From Candidatus Azotimanducaceae bacterium (lineage in GTDB: Bacteria > Pseudomonadota > Gammaproteobacteria > Pseudomonadales > Azotimanducaceae), in contig JBLHQQ010000001.1 of assembly GCA_047625245.1 (NCBI GenBank), positions 1-49,955 of the forward strand: DNA of 49,955 nt, given 5' to 3'. A program made the position numbers and the translations under genes. Of the stretch, positions 39,944-48,683 are shown one piece after another. Numbering within the stretch: position 1 is the stretch's first letter; each line of letters opens with the position of its first letter. The notes under the pieces were generated by a model. It ran no database searches. It had not been told where the DNA came from and worked only from the letters and a program-made list of their open reading frames with translations.

Positions 39944-41826
39944 AACGTTCCTTCTAGTTTATCCAGGGCCACCCAGAAGCCTTCGCCACCGTTTTTATGC
40001 CCTTGCCATATTTCCGGAATAAAGGATGCAGACGGGCACCCATCCTTCAAAATACTCCCCAATTTATCGAAATCAATATCACCTTCACCCACCTGCAAAC
40101 CCTCGCCATTAACACCTGAAGCATCACCAATATGCAGATGCCCAGTAAAAGGCGCGACCTTTCTAGCGAATTCATAAAAGTCCGCATCGAAATGGTTGCA
40201 GGTCAATCGAGTATGTGACACGTCGAAACACATTCTTAAATTTAGTCGTTCACACCATGTGACAATCTCGTCAACATGAACAAACAGGTTCTGGTATCTT
40301 TGTCCTCCAAAATGCCAAGGAAAGGGCGCCATGGTCTGTGGAATCAACTCTGCGCCTTCAATATCGAGTTTAGACAAGCTATCTTCAAACCTTTCGTAAT
40401 ACCCTTGAATTTCACTAGATGGCAAAAGAGCATCCATCGTGAACCCGCCAATGTTCGCGACAATCATTGGTCGTTTTGTTGATGGGAAAAATCGTTTCAG
40501 AGACCTTGTGATATCAATAACTCTCTGTGTTTCTACAATCGAATAGTTTCGATAACTCTCATCAGGAGAGGCAAGATCCATCAAGCGACTACCTGAAAAA
40601 AGTTCCGGGGCGTGAACGACAAAGTCGCAATCGTATGTGCCTGTTAGGTACTCATCGATATTTAAGTCTAGATCCGTGTAGGAGAGATGGAATTCATAAA
40701 GGTCCGCCTTCACTCGCTCTTCGAACTGTTTGAAATCATGATATCGAACTGGAACACCCCAAGGCCGGTTGAAACCGAACGCCCTCGGTTCAACCCGACT
40801 ATCTTGTAGGTCTGAGGGATAGAAATAGTCCTCGGTCTCCATATCGCGACCAACAGTCATTCCAATCAATTGTTCATAATATTGGGCCGACAAGCCCTGC
40901 CCAGGACTCAACACCTTGAGATGCTCCGGCGCTATCGTAGTACCTTTAGCGAGGTTAGTTGAGGCAACCAGACTTTTCGCCAGATTCTCTCGATTTATCA
41001 TTTCACCTTGAGATATCCGCCGCGAAAGCCCGTCGCCTAATGCTTGTTCGATTTCTCGAATACCTTCCACCATTAAGCCAAACTCAGAAACCTCCAGGCT
41101 CGCAGCATGATCGGGGCCCTCCATTTGGCGGTCGAGGGTAAAGTGCCTTTCAACGACTATTACACCAAGCGCGACAGCTGCCAACGAAACAGCTGTTCCG
41201 CGTTCGTGACCTGAATAGCCAACCAATGGGTGAATGTCTCTGAGTTTAGTTAACCATTTGAGGTTTATATCTTGCAAAGGCGCGGGGTAGGTACTGTTGC
41301 AGTGCAGAAGTACAAAACTGCTTTCACGCTTGGTCAGGAACTCTACTGTAAAGGCAACCTCAGCCGGTGTGCTCATCCCAGTTGAAAGTATGAGAGGTTT
41401 GTTGGTCGCTGACAATCGATCCAACAGTGGCATATTCGTTAAATCAGCTGAAGCAACTTTATAGGCTGGGACGCCAAAATCCTCAAGAATATCAACACTT
41501 CGGTTATCCCAGGGGGTGCAGAGATACAAGATGTCATTATCAGCACAATAAGTCGCTAACTCCCGCTGCTCCTCCACGGACAACTCAAATCTTTCCAGTA
41601 GATCAAGAACATATTCGGTACCGAGATCCTCCCCGTCACGCCGCAATGACTTAGCTCGGTAGACATCTTTAAGATGCCGCATCTGGAATTTGACACAGTC
41701 CGCACCGGCCCTTTTCGCCTCACCTACCATATGCTTGGCACGTTCAAGGCTGCCGTTGTGATTGTTGCCTATTTCAGCAATCACAAATGTACGGCTACTA
41801 CCGATTTCGAATTTTCCAATATGCAT
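39940..41826 (-). CDS. NeuB-SAF ulosonic-acid synthase fused to a C-terminal xylose-isomerase-like TIM-barrel domain
   Basis: Start taken at MHIGKFEIG (AGGTGA 7 nt upstream; the ORF extension to 41898 would overlap the upstream gene). Roughly residues 1-290 are NeuB (IAEIGNNHNGS, HCNSTYPAP, GYSGHE, DH). A SAF domain follows. Roughly residues 370-628 are TIM-barrel (VVHAPE, FDVSH, HLHIGD, IPEIW). Confidence 0.85.
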   Translation of the reverse strand: MHIGKFEIGSSRTFVIAEIGNNHNGSLERAKHMVGEAKRAGADCVKFQMRHLKDVYRAKSLRRDGEDLGTEYVLDLLERFELSVEEQRELATYCADNDILYLCTPWDNRSVDILEDFGVPAYKVASADLTNMPLLDRLSATNKPLILSTGMSTPAEVAFTVEFLTKRESSFVLLHCNSTYPAPLQDINLKWLTKLRDIHPLVGYSGHERGTAVSLAAVALGVIVVERHFTLDRQMEGPDHAASLEVSEFGLMVEGIREIEQALGDGLSRRISQGEMINRENLAKSLVASTNLAKGTTIAPEHLKVLSPGQGLSAQYYEQLIGMTVGRDMETEDYFYPSDLQDSRVEPRAFGFNRPWGVPVRYHDFKQFEERVKADLYEFHLSYTDLDLNIDEYLTGTYDCDFVVHAPELFSGSRLMDLASPDESYRNYSIVETQRVIDITRSLKRFFPSTKRPMIVANIGGFTMDALLPSSEIQGYYERFEDSLSKLDIEGAELIPQTMAPFPWHFGGQRYQNLFVHVDEIVTWCERLNLRMCFDVSHTRLTCNHFDADFYEFARKVAPFTGHLHIGDASGVNGEGLQVGEGDIDFDKLGSILKDGCPSASFIPEIWQGHKNGGEGFWVALDKLEGTL

Positions 41827-41848
41827 ATTCACTTCACCTAAGTTCAAT

Positions 41849-43216
41849 TTAGTTGACCTGTTCTCGCACAGTCCAGGCACGCAGGCCATCTTGATCAAAG
41901 CGGAATGGCCTTACTGTTTTACCAGTTGCCTGCAAATGTTGCACCAGTTCGTGCTTTCGAAATGCAGATGCATAAAACAGGAAGAATCCGCCGCCCCCAG
42001 CGCCCAGCAACTTTCCGCCGATCGCGCCATTTTCTTTTGCTGCATCATAGATTCTGTCGAGATTTGGCGATGAGATTTTTTGACTGAATTCCCTCTTCAG
42101 ATTCCAAGCTTCGTCAAGGGCCAAACCGAATTCTGGCAGCCTGCCTCGTAACAAGTGATCCCTGATTTTATCCGTAAGCTCAACGTTAGCAATCATATGG
42201 GCTCGAACATCTGCATTTTTCATTCTATCCCGTTGATCCTGGTGAATGTCATGAGAACTATGATCGAGACCTGTGTCACAAAGCACCAGGCTCTCTTCTA
42301 GTTCGAGCAACAGGTCGGCATTGATTCTTAATGGATGTATTCGGTTTTGATCCATTCTGAATTCCATGAAATTAAATCCACCAAACACACTGGCATACTG
42401 ATCCTGCCAGCCACCAGCAACGCCCATGTATATCCTTTCGGCTTGATAAGCTAATTCGGCAATTTCATGAGAGTCCCATTTATCACTTCTAAACTGATTG
42501 AAGCATCCGAGGATGGTAGCTGCCACAACAGAGGAGCCGCCAAGCCCGGAGTTCATAGGGAAGTCCGAATTCAAATATAGTTCAAATCCAAAATCTGGAT
42601 GTATGGTCTTAAGTAAGGCCTGAACTAAAGCGAAAACGCTATCGGCGCGCAAAGCCTCCGCAAGATTGTCAGCTTCAAGAGAACAACCCAAATCTAGTGA
42701 GTGGAGGACAATTTTCTCGTCATCTCTCTTCTTGAGTGTCGCATGACTATAAATGGAAATAGTCGCATTAATTACCGCGCCTCTCTCGCTATTAAAAAAG
42801 TGGGTCAGATCAGATCCCCCGCCCCCGAAACTAACTCTGACAGGCGCTCTCGCCCTTGCATAGACCCTACCTTCATTACTAACGGGGAAGTGATCCCGAC
42901 TAACGATGCCCTGCAATTTTCGCTCATCGTCTAGAAGTGGTATTACGCGAATTTTATGATCGAGTCGTTTCATCAAAAATTCTCGCGAAACGAGGGGACT
43001 CTCCCACACAAACTCTTCATTGGTGCACAATGAGATCATATCATCTAGAGACCCCCCGTTCAGCAGCCTTCTGCGTATATCGCCATCAGTAGCCAGCCCG
43101 ACCACCTCTCCGGTAGCTAAAGTAGTCAGTATAATCCCATGGTGATTTCGCTCAATCAGCTTAAGCGCATCTCTGAGCGACGAGTGTTGGGCAATAAGAA
43201 AATTTTCTAAATTCAT
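41849..43216 (-). CDS. hddA: CBS-pair + GHMP anomeric sugar kinase (HddA/fucokinase-like)
   Basis: 455 aa. CBS pair (GLATDGDIRRRLL), then RAPVRVSFGGGGSD, PMNSGLGGSSVVAA, GGWQDQY and GAGGGGF motifs typical of D-glycero-D-manno-heptose-7-P kinase. Confidence 0.8.
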   Translation of the reverse strand: MNLENFLIAQHSSLRDALKLIERNHHGIILTTLATGEVVGLATDGDIRRRLLNGGSLDDMISLCTNEEFVWESPLVSREFLMKRLDHKIRVIPLLDDERKLQGIVSRDHFPVSNEGRVYARARAPVRVSFGGGGSDLTHFFNSERGAVINATISIYSHATLKKRDDEKIVLHSLDLGCSLEADNLAEALRADSVFALVQALLKTIHPDFGFELYLNSDFPMNSGLGGSSVVAATILGCFNQFRSDKWDSHEIAELAYQAERIYMGVAGGWQDQYASVFGGFNFMEFRMDQNRIHPLRINADLLLELEESLVLCDTGLDHSSHDIHQDQRDRMKNADVRAHMIANVELTDKIRDHLLRGRLPEFGLALDEAWNLKREFSQKISSPNLDRIYDAAKENGAIGGKLLGAGGGGFFLFYASAFRKHELVQHLQATGKTVRPFRFDQDGLRAWTVREQVN

Positions 43217-43920
43217 AACTCACCTTTCCGACCGCTCTCGATCCATTGACAGAATTTGTGATAATCATCAGGTATACCGATATCAATGAAACTGGTATCG
43301 AGAGTAATTGCTTTGAGTAACCGCTTGTTTACCAACTCAACCAATGTGCGATTTTCCAGAGAAAAGGGATGCCCATCCCAATTTGAAAAATACTCAGTGT
43401 TCAACCGGCAAATACCAGAGTTGATCCAACCAGGCCTCCGTTTCTCGGACTTTTCAGAAAAACGTGTTATTAACATTCTCTCGTCAAATTCAATTTGGCC
43501 ATAGCGACTAGTATCTGGCACTTCTAATACGCCGACAGCAGGCCCTTTGGAGGACGAGATTATTTTGTAGCCATTGCCAAGCCAGGTATCAGCGTTGACC
43601 AGTAAAAAGTCACCCGTTAACGACAACTCAGAAACTGCAAAAGCGACCGCGCCCCCAGTGTTAAGAGGAGTGGTCTCTATGACATATCTCACCTCACAGC
43701 CATTTAGAAGCGTGGATTCGTACTTATGCAAGAAAGCTAGAATCAGGTCCGCTCGGTATCCGAGTAAAAAAACAAATGACTTTGCCCCTTGCTCGATCCA
43801 CGCCTCCAGTTGAAGGTGGAGAAACGGAACGCCTCCTATCGGAGCAAGGGCCTTGGGTACATCACTGACCACTGACTTCAACCTGCTGCCTACGCCACCC
43901 GCGAGCACTAAGATTTTCAT
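43213..43920 (-). CDS. hddC: sugar-1-phosphate nucleotidyltransferase (HddC-like)
   Basis: 235 aa. MKILVLAGGVGSRLKS..PKALAPIGG motif. 4-nt overlap with the kinase gene. Confidence 0.8.
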   Translation of the reverse strand: MKILVLAGGVGSRLKSVVSDVPKALAPIGGVPFLHLQLEAWIEQGAKSFVFLLGYRADLILAFLHKYESTLLNGCEVRYVIETTPLNTGGAVAFAVSELSLTGDFLLVNADTWLGNGYKIISSSKGPAVGVLEVPDTSRYGQIEFDERMLITRFSEKSEKRRPGWINSGICRLNTEYFSNWDGHPFSLENRTLVELVNKRLLKAITLDTSFIDIGIPDDYHKFCQWIESGRKGEL

Positions 43921-43951
43921 CTATTTATCATTCCTACTGTCCCGTTAACAT

Positions 43952-44840
43952 TCATATCAACGTCATCTGATAGATATTCATTTGATCATGACGTAAAGAA
44001 TCACGTCGCAGCAAAGCCATCAAGTCTCGTTTATCAAAGAAATTAAGCTGTAGTAGGCGTAACATCAGCCGCATGCGTTTAGTTAACTTGGACTGGGGTT
44101 TAGAAGGGCCCTCAGCAGATAGACACATGGGGCAACCCATATCAGGGTCATCACCAAATCTTTATTGGTGCCAACAAACAATCTTATCCTCAGGTTTTGC
44201 TTGATCCACTTGAAGAACAATTCGACCTGCTATCTAGCTTTGTAAATGTCAGCGATGGTGCGTGCTGATAGCGTAAAGTTATTTGACAGAACGGTGTAGC
44301 GCTTGCCTGTTTCAACATTTTTGTAACCGATACGTCGCAACTGAACGAGGTATTTCTTGGCGTATAAGAACCGTGCACTCGATGGTATGGACACAGGTCA
44401 AACCCTTATTTTTCAACACAGGGTGGCGAAGAACAATTCTATGTTTGGCGTTTGACTTGAGCCGTGTCACAAAGAATCTTCTTCTTTCAGTCAAATGGTT
44501 ATACCTACCATAGTCGTTCTAGCGCTTGTCAATCGCTACCATGCTCCCCCTGGCGAAATTCAGTGAACGCCGAACGGTAATAACGGCTGCCTTGCCGTCT
44601 GTTGTCGCCACGAACTCGGGCGGGTAGCCGTCATGACTAAGCTCGATATCGAGCTTTACCGCGCCCCTGTGTTACTCGGAATTTGGCCAAGGGGGAAAAC
44701 CGACAAACATAGATCGACGGAGTCACGGGCTGAAACCATCGGGATGCAGTAGAAATACGAAGTCCACTCGGGTGTTGTTTTGCTAGAGTCTCAAATTCAT
44801 GTCTCTGCACTAGCTTTAGGAGTTGAGAAAGCATCGTCAT
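43952..44840 (-). pseudogene. IS4-family (DUF4372 + DDE_Tnp_1 type) transposase, frameshifted, nonsense-mutated and internally shortened
   Basis: Fragments in three frames: LSQLLKLVQRHEFETLAKQH (N-terminus), FFVTRLKSNAKHRIV, and RIGYKNVETGKRYTVLSNNFTLSARTIADIYKAR*QVELFFKWIKQNL, where TAG replaces the conserved Trp. Candidate terminal inverted repeats at 43928-43948 and 44938-44955. Confidence 0.75.
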
Positions 44841-45490
44841 ATTAGGTGCCGTCGCTTGGTTTTCTTTTTTCTCAAGGACTTGTTGTGATTTTATCGTAAC
44901 AAAACAGAGAGTTTTCTAGACCTCTTTATTTGGCATTTAACTGGACGGTAATGAGCGCTTGACTTGGTTAACCGGCTATCCTAATTCATTAATTCAGCTA
45001 AGTAGTACTTCGTTTTGGACTCACGCATCCCCAACGCAAGGCAGGCTGGCTGGCTGGAAAAGACCTTGTTGATTTCCGTAATCAAATATCGAAGAAATCA
45101 TCAGAAATAGTGATCAGAGGGCTACGCCCAAAATTTAGTACAGCACAATAAGAGATTAAACGCTTCAGTATTGGCATCGTTGATGTCGTAGATAAAAGAA
45201 GAAATTATCAAAAGTCCTCGTAGGAATTACTCATTTGTGCTCAAAGCTCAGGTGCAGACTCGTGCGCAGACCTTATCATGACTGGTGGTTGGCTGGTTGA
45301 GCCTCAAGTTCATGCCAAGCGATGATTGACCGTTATGATCAACTGCCTGTGGGCAAGGTTTATCCCAAAAAAGGGCCGCTCACTGAATTGTCCACTGAGA
45401 GCAGGCAAGAACCTATCGTCACCATGGACTATTGGTGAGCCAGCAGGCAACGCTGTAGTGCATCGATCAATTGCATCGACAGGCGCTTAA

Positions 45491-45511
45491 CTGGCCAATC
45501 CAGTTGGCCAG
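45491..45511 (-). terminator. weak hairpin downstream of wzz
   Basis: ctggccaa / ttggccag 8-bp stem with a 5-nt loop, 27 nt after the wzz stop. Only UU follows on the transcript. Confidence 0.3.
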
Positions 45512-45537
45512 AGTGAAATCTATCATTTTGGATATTA

Positions 45538-46566
45538 TTAAAGATCCTCTCTCTTTCTCGCGTAGTGCGTCACCAAGACCCACAAAACTGCCAACATACC
45601 ACCCAGTAGCGTGCCTAATACACAAATCAACGCCCTTGTAGGTTCGGATTTTTTTTCTGGAACGACGGCTGGGTCGATAATCTTGAAGGCATACTCCTGG
45701 CGCACCTTGGCCAACATAATGGTCTCGGTTTGCGACTGTATCAGCTCGAAAAACATGGACTGCAAATCTGTGAGCAAGGTCGCCTCAACCTGCTGCTTAA
45801 GATAGGCGATAGCGCGCTCGGCCTCTGTGACGTCTTGCTCCCGTAATGTGTTATTAATGTCCTCGATTAACCAAACAACCCACTGCTGCGCCACTACTGG
45901 CGAGTAATGCTTGATACTTAATCTGATAAAACCGCTATTTTTATCCTCAGCAATTGACAATAGCTCTTCAAACACTTCATAAGCCTCCTGGAGGCTTGGT
46001 AATGGTCGCTTTGGATGGGGAACGTCGCGAACCCATTTTTTTGTAGCGCTCTCATAGATTTCATTGTCTATTATCAAGTCCCCTGTTGACTGGTCCCAGC
46101 CGCTTGACGCCATCAGTGGTACAAGCAAATCGTGATGCTCGATGAATTCCGCAATGAAACGCCGAGACTTCATTACCTCTAACCCCAACGCGGTTTTGTC
46201 GTCACCCCCGCCGCCAGGTAACGATATTCCAGCCAGACTTGCCAGTCCACCATACTGCTTTGCTAGACCCCCCAGACCAGCACTACTGCTACTTGCAGGC
46301 GCCAGGAGGGCTTCCGATTGGTATATATTAGGTAGGCTGAGTGCAAATAATACCGCTATGATAGAGGCAATAGCCGTAATCCCACCAATCCACCACTTGC
46401 CACCCCAAAGCACTCCAAACAATTCCCGCAAATCAATCTCATCATCCGCATAGTCAGAATGATAATCAGAAGGAACTATTGCGCCTGTTTGATCAACCAA
46501 CTTACCCAAAATAACCGACCTCTTTAAAGTGCAACAACAGTAATCGCAGACTGGTAGATGATCCAT
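45538..46566 (-). CDS. wzz: polysaccharide chain-length determinant (Wzz/OtnB-like, PCP without kinase domain)
   Basis: DDEIDLRELFGVLWGGKWWIGGITAIASIIAVLFALSLPNIYQSEALLAP N-terminal Wzz signature, a coiled central part and a C-terminal TM helix. The true start is probably TTG at 46509 (AAGAGG 9 nt upstream); upstream codons look like wza remnant. Confidence 0.85.
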   Translation of the reverse strand: MDHLPVCDYCCCTLKRSVILGKLVDQTGAIVPSDYHSDYADDEIDLRELFGVLWGGKWWIGGITAIASIIAVLFALSLPNIYQSEALLAPASSSSAGLGGLAKQYGGLASLAGISLPGGGGDDKTALGLEVMKSRRFIAEFIEHHDLLVPLMASSGWDQSTGDLIIDNEIYESATKKWVRDVPHPKRPLPSLQEAYEVFEELLSIAEDKNSGFIRLSIKHYSPVVAQQWVVWLIEDINNTLREQDVTEAERAIAYLKQQVEATLLTDLQSMFFELIQSQTETIMLAKVRQEYAFKIIDPAVVPEKKSEPTRALICVLGTLLGGMLAVLWVLVTHYARKREDL

Positions 46567-46900
46567 ATGATGTCACGCCACCGGCAACGAACAGCGCCTG
46601 CATGACAGTAGATAGTGCCGAAACTGAGTAACTCCATGGCACCAGTACTTCGCCTGCCATAAAAATGCCTATAAACCGCAATCGCCCCATGGAGACGATT
46701 GTTTCTACACCAATCCACTGCTACTCATCCGAGCTGAATCAGCGTCTTGGCATCTTCAAAGGTTAATCCCGCAAGCACCACCGACCGAGTGTGGGATTAT
46801 TTATCTCGCCGTTGCGATCAATCTGCAGTGTGTTGCTCGCTTTCTTTGCCGTGAAAACTTGTCTGCAGTTCATCACCAGCACCGAAGATAGGCAGTATAA
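46510..46900 (-). pseudogene. wza: wza/otnA-like polysaccharide export protein remnant (frameshifted, truncated)
   Basis: Minus-strand fragments in different frames: PIFGAGDELQ.., IDRNGEINNPTLGR / VLAGLTFEDAKTLIQL (Poly_export motif), and GEVLVPWSYSVSALSTVMQALFVAGGVTSYGS (SLBB motif). The total is far shorter than an intact gene. Confidence 0.65.
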
Positions 46901-46941
46901 ACCACATTTTCCAAAGAACAGTTATGCATCGTAATTACTGA

Positions 46942-46987
46942 TGATCATCCAAACGGCTCATCATTTGATGAGCCGTTTGGATGATCA
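46942..46987. repeat. perfect 22-bp-arm palindrome
   Basis: tgatcatccaaacggctcatca tt tgatgagccgtttggatgatca. No flanking T or A tract. Confidence 0.9.
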
Positions 46988-47307
46988 ATGACTGTAATAG
47001 TGCTGACTTGGTAGCGCTGTACTGACGACCTGGATAAATACCGCTTTTATTCTGGCCTACGAAACATCACGCCGGCGCTAGCAATGGGGCCACCGATAAA
47101 GTATTTACATCGATACACTTTGTGAGCGCGCATAATTGGCAATACTGCCATAAATCGCCTCGGCGTTCTGTAACTACGTTGACCAGCATTGTTGTTTGTT
47201 GATGGGTGGTGTTGACATGACGTTCTCCTAGAATAAAGGGTACGTGGATGCCGACCTGGAATTAGGGCGACGTGCAGAAACAAAGGCATGCAAGAGATGC
47301 AAACAGG

Positions 47308-47319
47308 CAGGCTACCGCA
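47308..47319 (-). promoter_or_regulatory. ops-like (JUMPStart) element
   Basis: The minus strand reads TGCGGTAGCCTG, matching the ops consensus GGCGGTAGCGTG at 10 of 12 positions. It lies in the leader upstream of the export and biosynthesis genes, about 90 nt upstream of a strong SD + ATG (TAGGAGAACGTCATG, ATG at 47218). Confidence 0.4.
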
Positions 47320-47369
47320 GGATTTCGGAAAAAATCTCACATCAAAAACGCTAAGATGGCAGCGTTCAA

Positions 47370-47390
47370 TTGATGAACATGTTAAATCAA
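47370..47390. promoter_or_regulatory. imperfect 21-bp palindrome, candidate operator
   Basis: ttgatgaacatgttaaatcaa: central aacatgtt palindrome flanked by ttgat/atcaa. It lies just upstream of the ops-like element in transcription direction. Confidence 0.25.
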
Positions 47391-48107
47391 CATGGCGCAA
47401 TCCGCAACCAAATCAACAACATCGCTTTCAGCCTTCACGTAAGGCGCGGGACTCTAGCAGATAGGCGGGACTAATACTTTAGGTAGCAGTAATTCCGCCT
47501 CCTTGAAATCAGGGATCAACGTCGATTGTCAGCAGAGCCCAATTATCTACTCTGCAGCGCCCTCCGGTCTCGGCAGTATTTGTCTCATTTCACGGTTTTT
47601 TACTTACGGTACGCAAGCTACGATATTTCACCTTGCATCCTTACCGATTGTGAGATGTTCGCGGACGGCGTCAATACGTAACCCGAATAGACCAGAGGCA
47701 TCGCTCTATATTGATACCGCTTGGCACCCACGGATACCTACAAGAACCAAGTCTGCGACAACTACCGAGTTGTCAGATGTGATCGTTCAGCGCGGAGTCA
47801 AACAGGGCTTATACAAGCGGGCACACGGGTAGTTGCGAGAATCGGGAATCATTCGCACCCACCAATTCCCGTCCATCCGCCGCCTTCTGGGGAATCACTA
47901 TCGGCACACCGTAACGGCGGCTCAACTAAAACGCGACTAGCGTCAAAAGCTTGCTGCGGCACAGCATTGTTAATACGCGCGCTGATTGATCTATATATCG
48001 CTCCACCGCTTAAGGCCCCACTGACTTCAGCCACGGCATTAGAAGAACTCATTAACGCGATCCGAAGGCACATCATGATGAAAATTCACCCCATAAACAC
48101 CGATGTT

Positions 48108-48461
48108 TCAGGCCTCACTTGTATCGTTAACCTCACGCTGCAACAAGGCAATCTCTTCGCGCAACGCCTCGTATTCGTCTAGCTTACGCCTCAAAAACCT
48201 AGCAGTCAGCCGAGTCTTCTCATTAACGCCAGCCGGTGTGAGGATATAGGCGTAGCCGAGTTTCCGCTCTGCACGTGCGAAATTGCCCATCTTAATCAGC
48301 CCCTTCTCGGCGAGCGCTTTCAGGCAGAAGTTGACGCCCCCGAGGCTGACACCCAACTCAGAAGCAATCTGGCGCTGGCTCGCGGTTGGATTGTCCTCGA
48401 CAACGCGCATGACACGCAATTTGAGCTCATCGCGGCCGTTGGGTGGAGAATTTATGGTCAT
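48108..48461 (-). CDS. EPS-associated MarR-family winged-helix transcriptional regulator
   Basis: 117 aa. RVMRVVEDNPTASQRQIASELGVSLGGVNFCLKALAEKGLIK..YAYILTPAG, the pattern of small EPS-locus MarR regulators, with a C-terminal coiled tail. Confidence 0.8.
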   Translation of the reverse strand: MTINSPPNGRDELKLRVMRVVEDNPTASQRQIASELGVSLGGVNFCLKALAEKGLIKMGNFARAERKLGYAYILTPAGVNEKTRLTARFLRRKLDEYEALREEIALLQREVNDTSEA

Positions 48462-48683
48462 GGATTGGTCATCTTGCCAAAAATTGAGTTTCTTGCCATC
48501 AGGGGAGCGCGCTATCTGTTCACCCGTTGAACAACACTACTGCAACTCGCCCCAAATTAAAAGCTGCGCCTTGATTTACCTTGCGCTTGGGGTTCCTTTT
48601 TGTAGGCGCTCATGAAAACCATAATTTCCCCGAGCATCTCAGTGACATGCACTAAGACGGCCGACTGTTTAGCGACATGCCCC

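Noticed and set aside
41827-41898. Upstream extension of the NeuB-TIM ORF (MIKMACVPGL...)
   Set aside because: It would overlap the kinase gene by 50 nt. The ATG at 41826 has an AGGTGA Shine-Dalgarno sequence and starts the conserved NeuB N-terminus.
44619-44630. ggcgggtagccg, a second ops-like string
   Set aside because: It lies on the plus strand, opposite to operon transcription. It has an extra G relative to the ops core and sits inside the dead IS4 element.
45046-45059. Short ggct tandem run (ggctggctggctgg)
   Set aside because: It has only about three units in a degenerate non-coding stretch, which is too short to treat as a meaningful microsatellite or phase-variation tract.
47047-48182. 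ORFs 47047-47400 (-), 47503-47832 (+) and 47721-48182 (+) in the leader region
   Set aside because: Their composition is Arg/Pro/Ser/Cys-rich and atypical. I see no motifs or convincing start context, and the region fits better as an untranslated operon leader.
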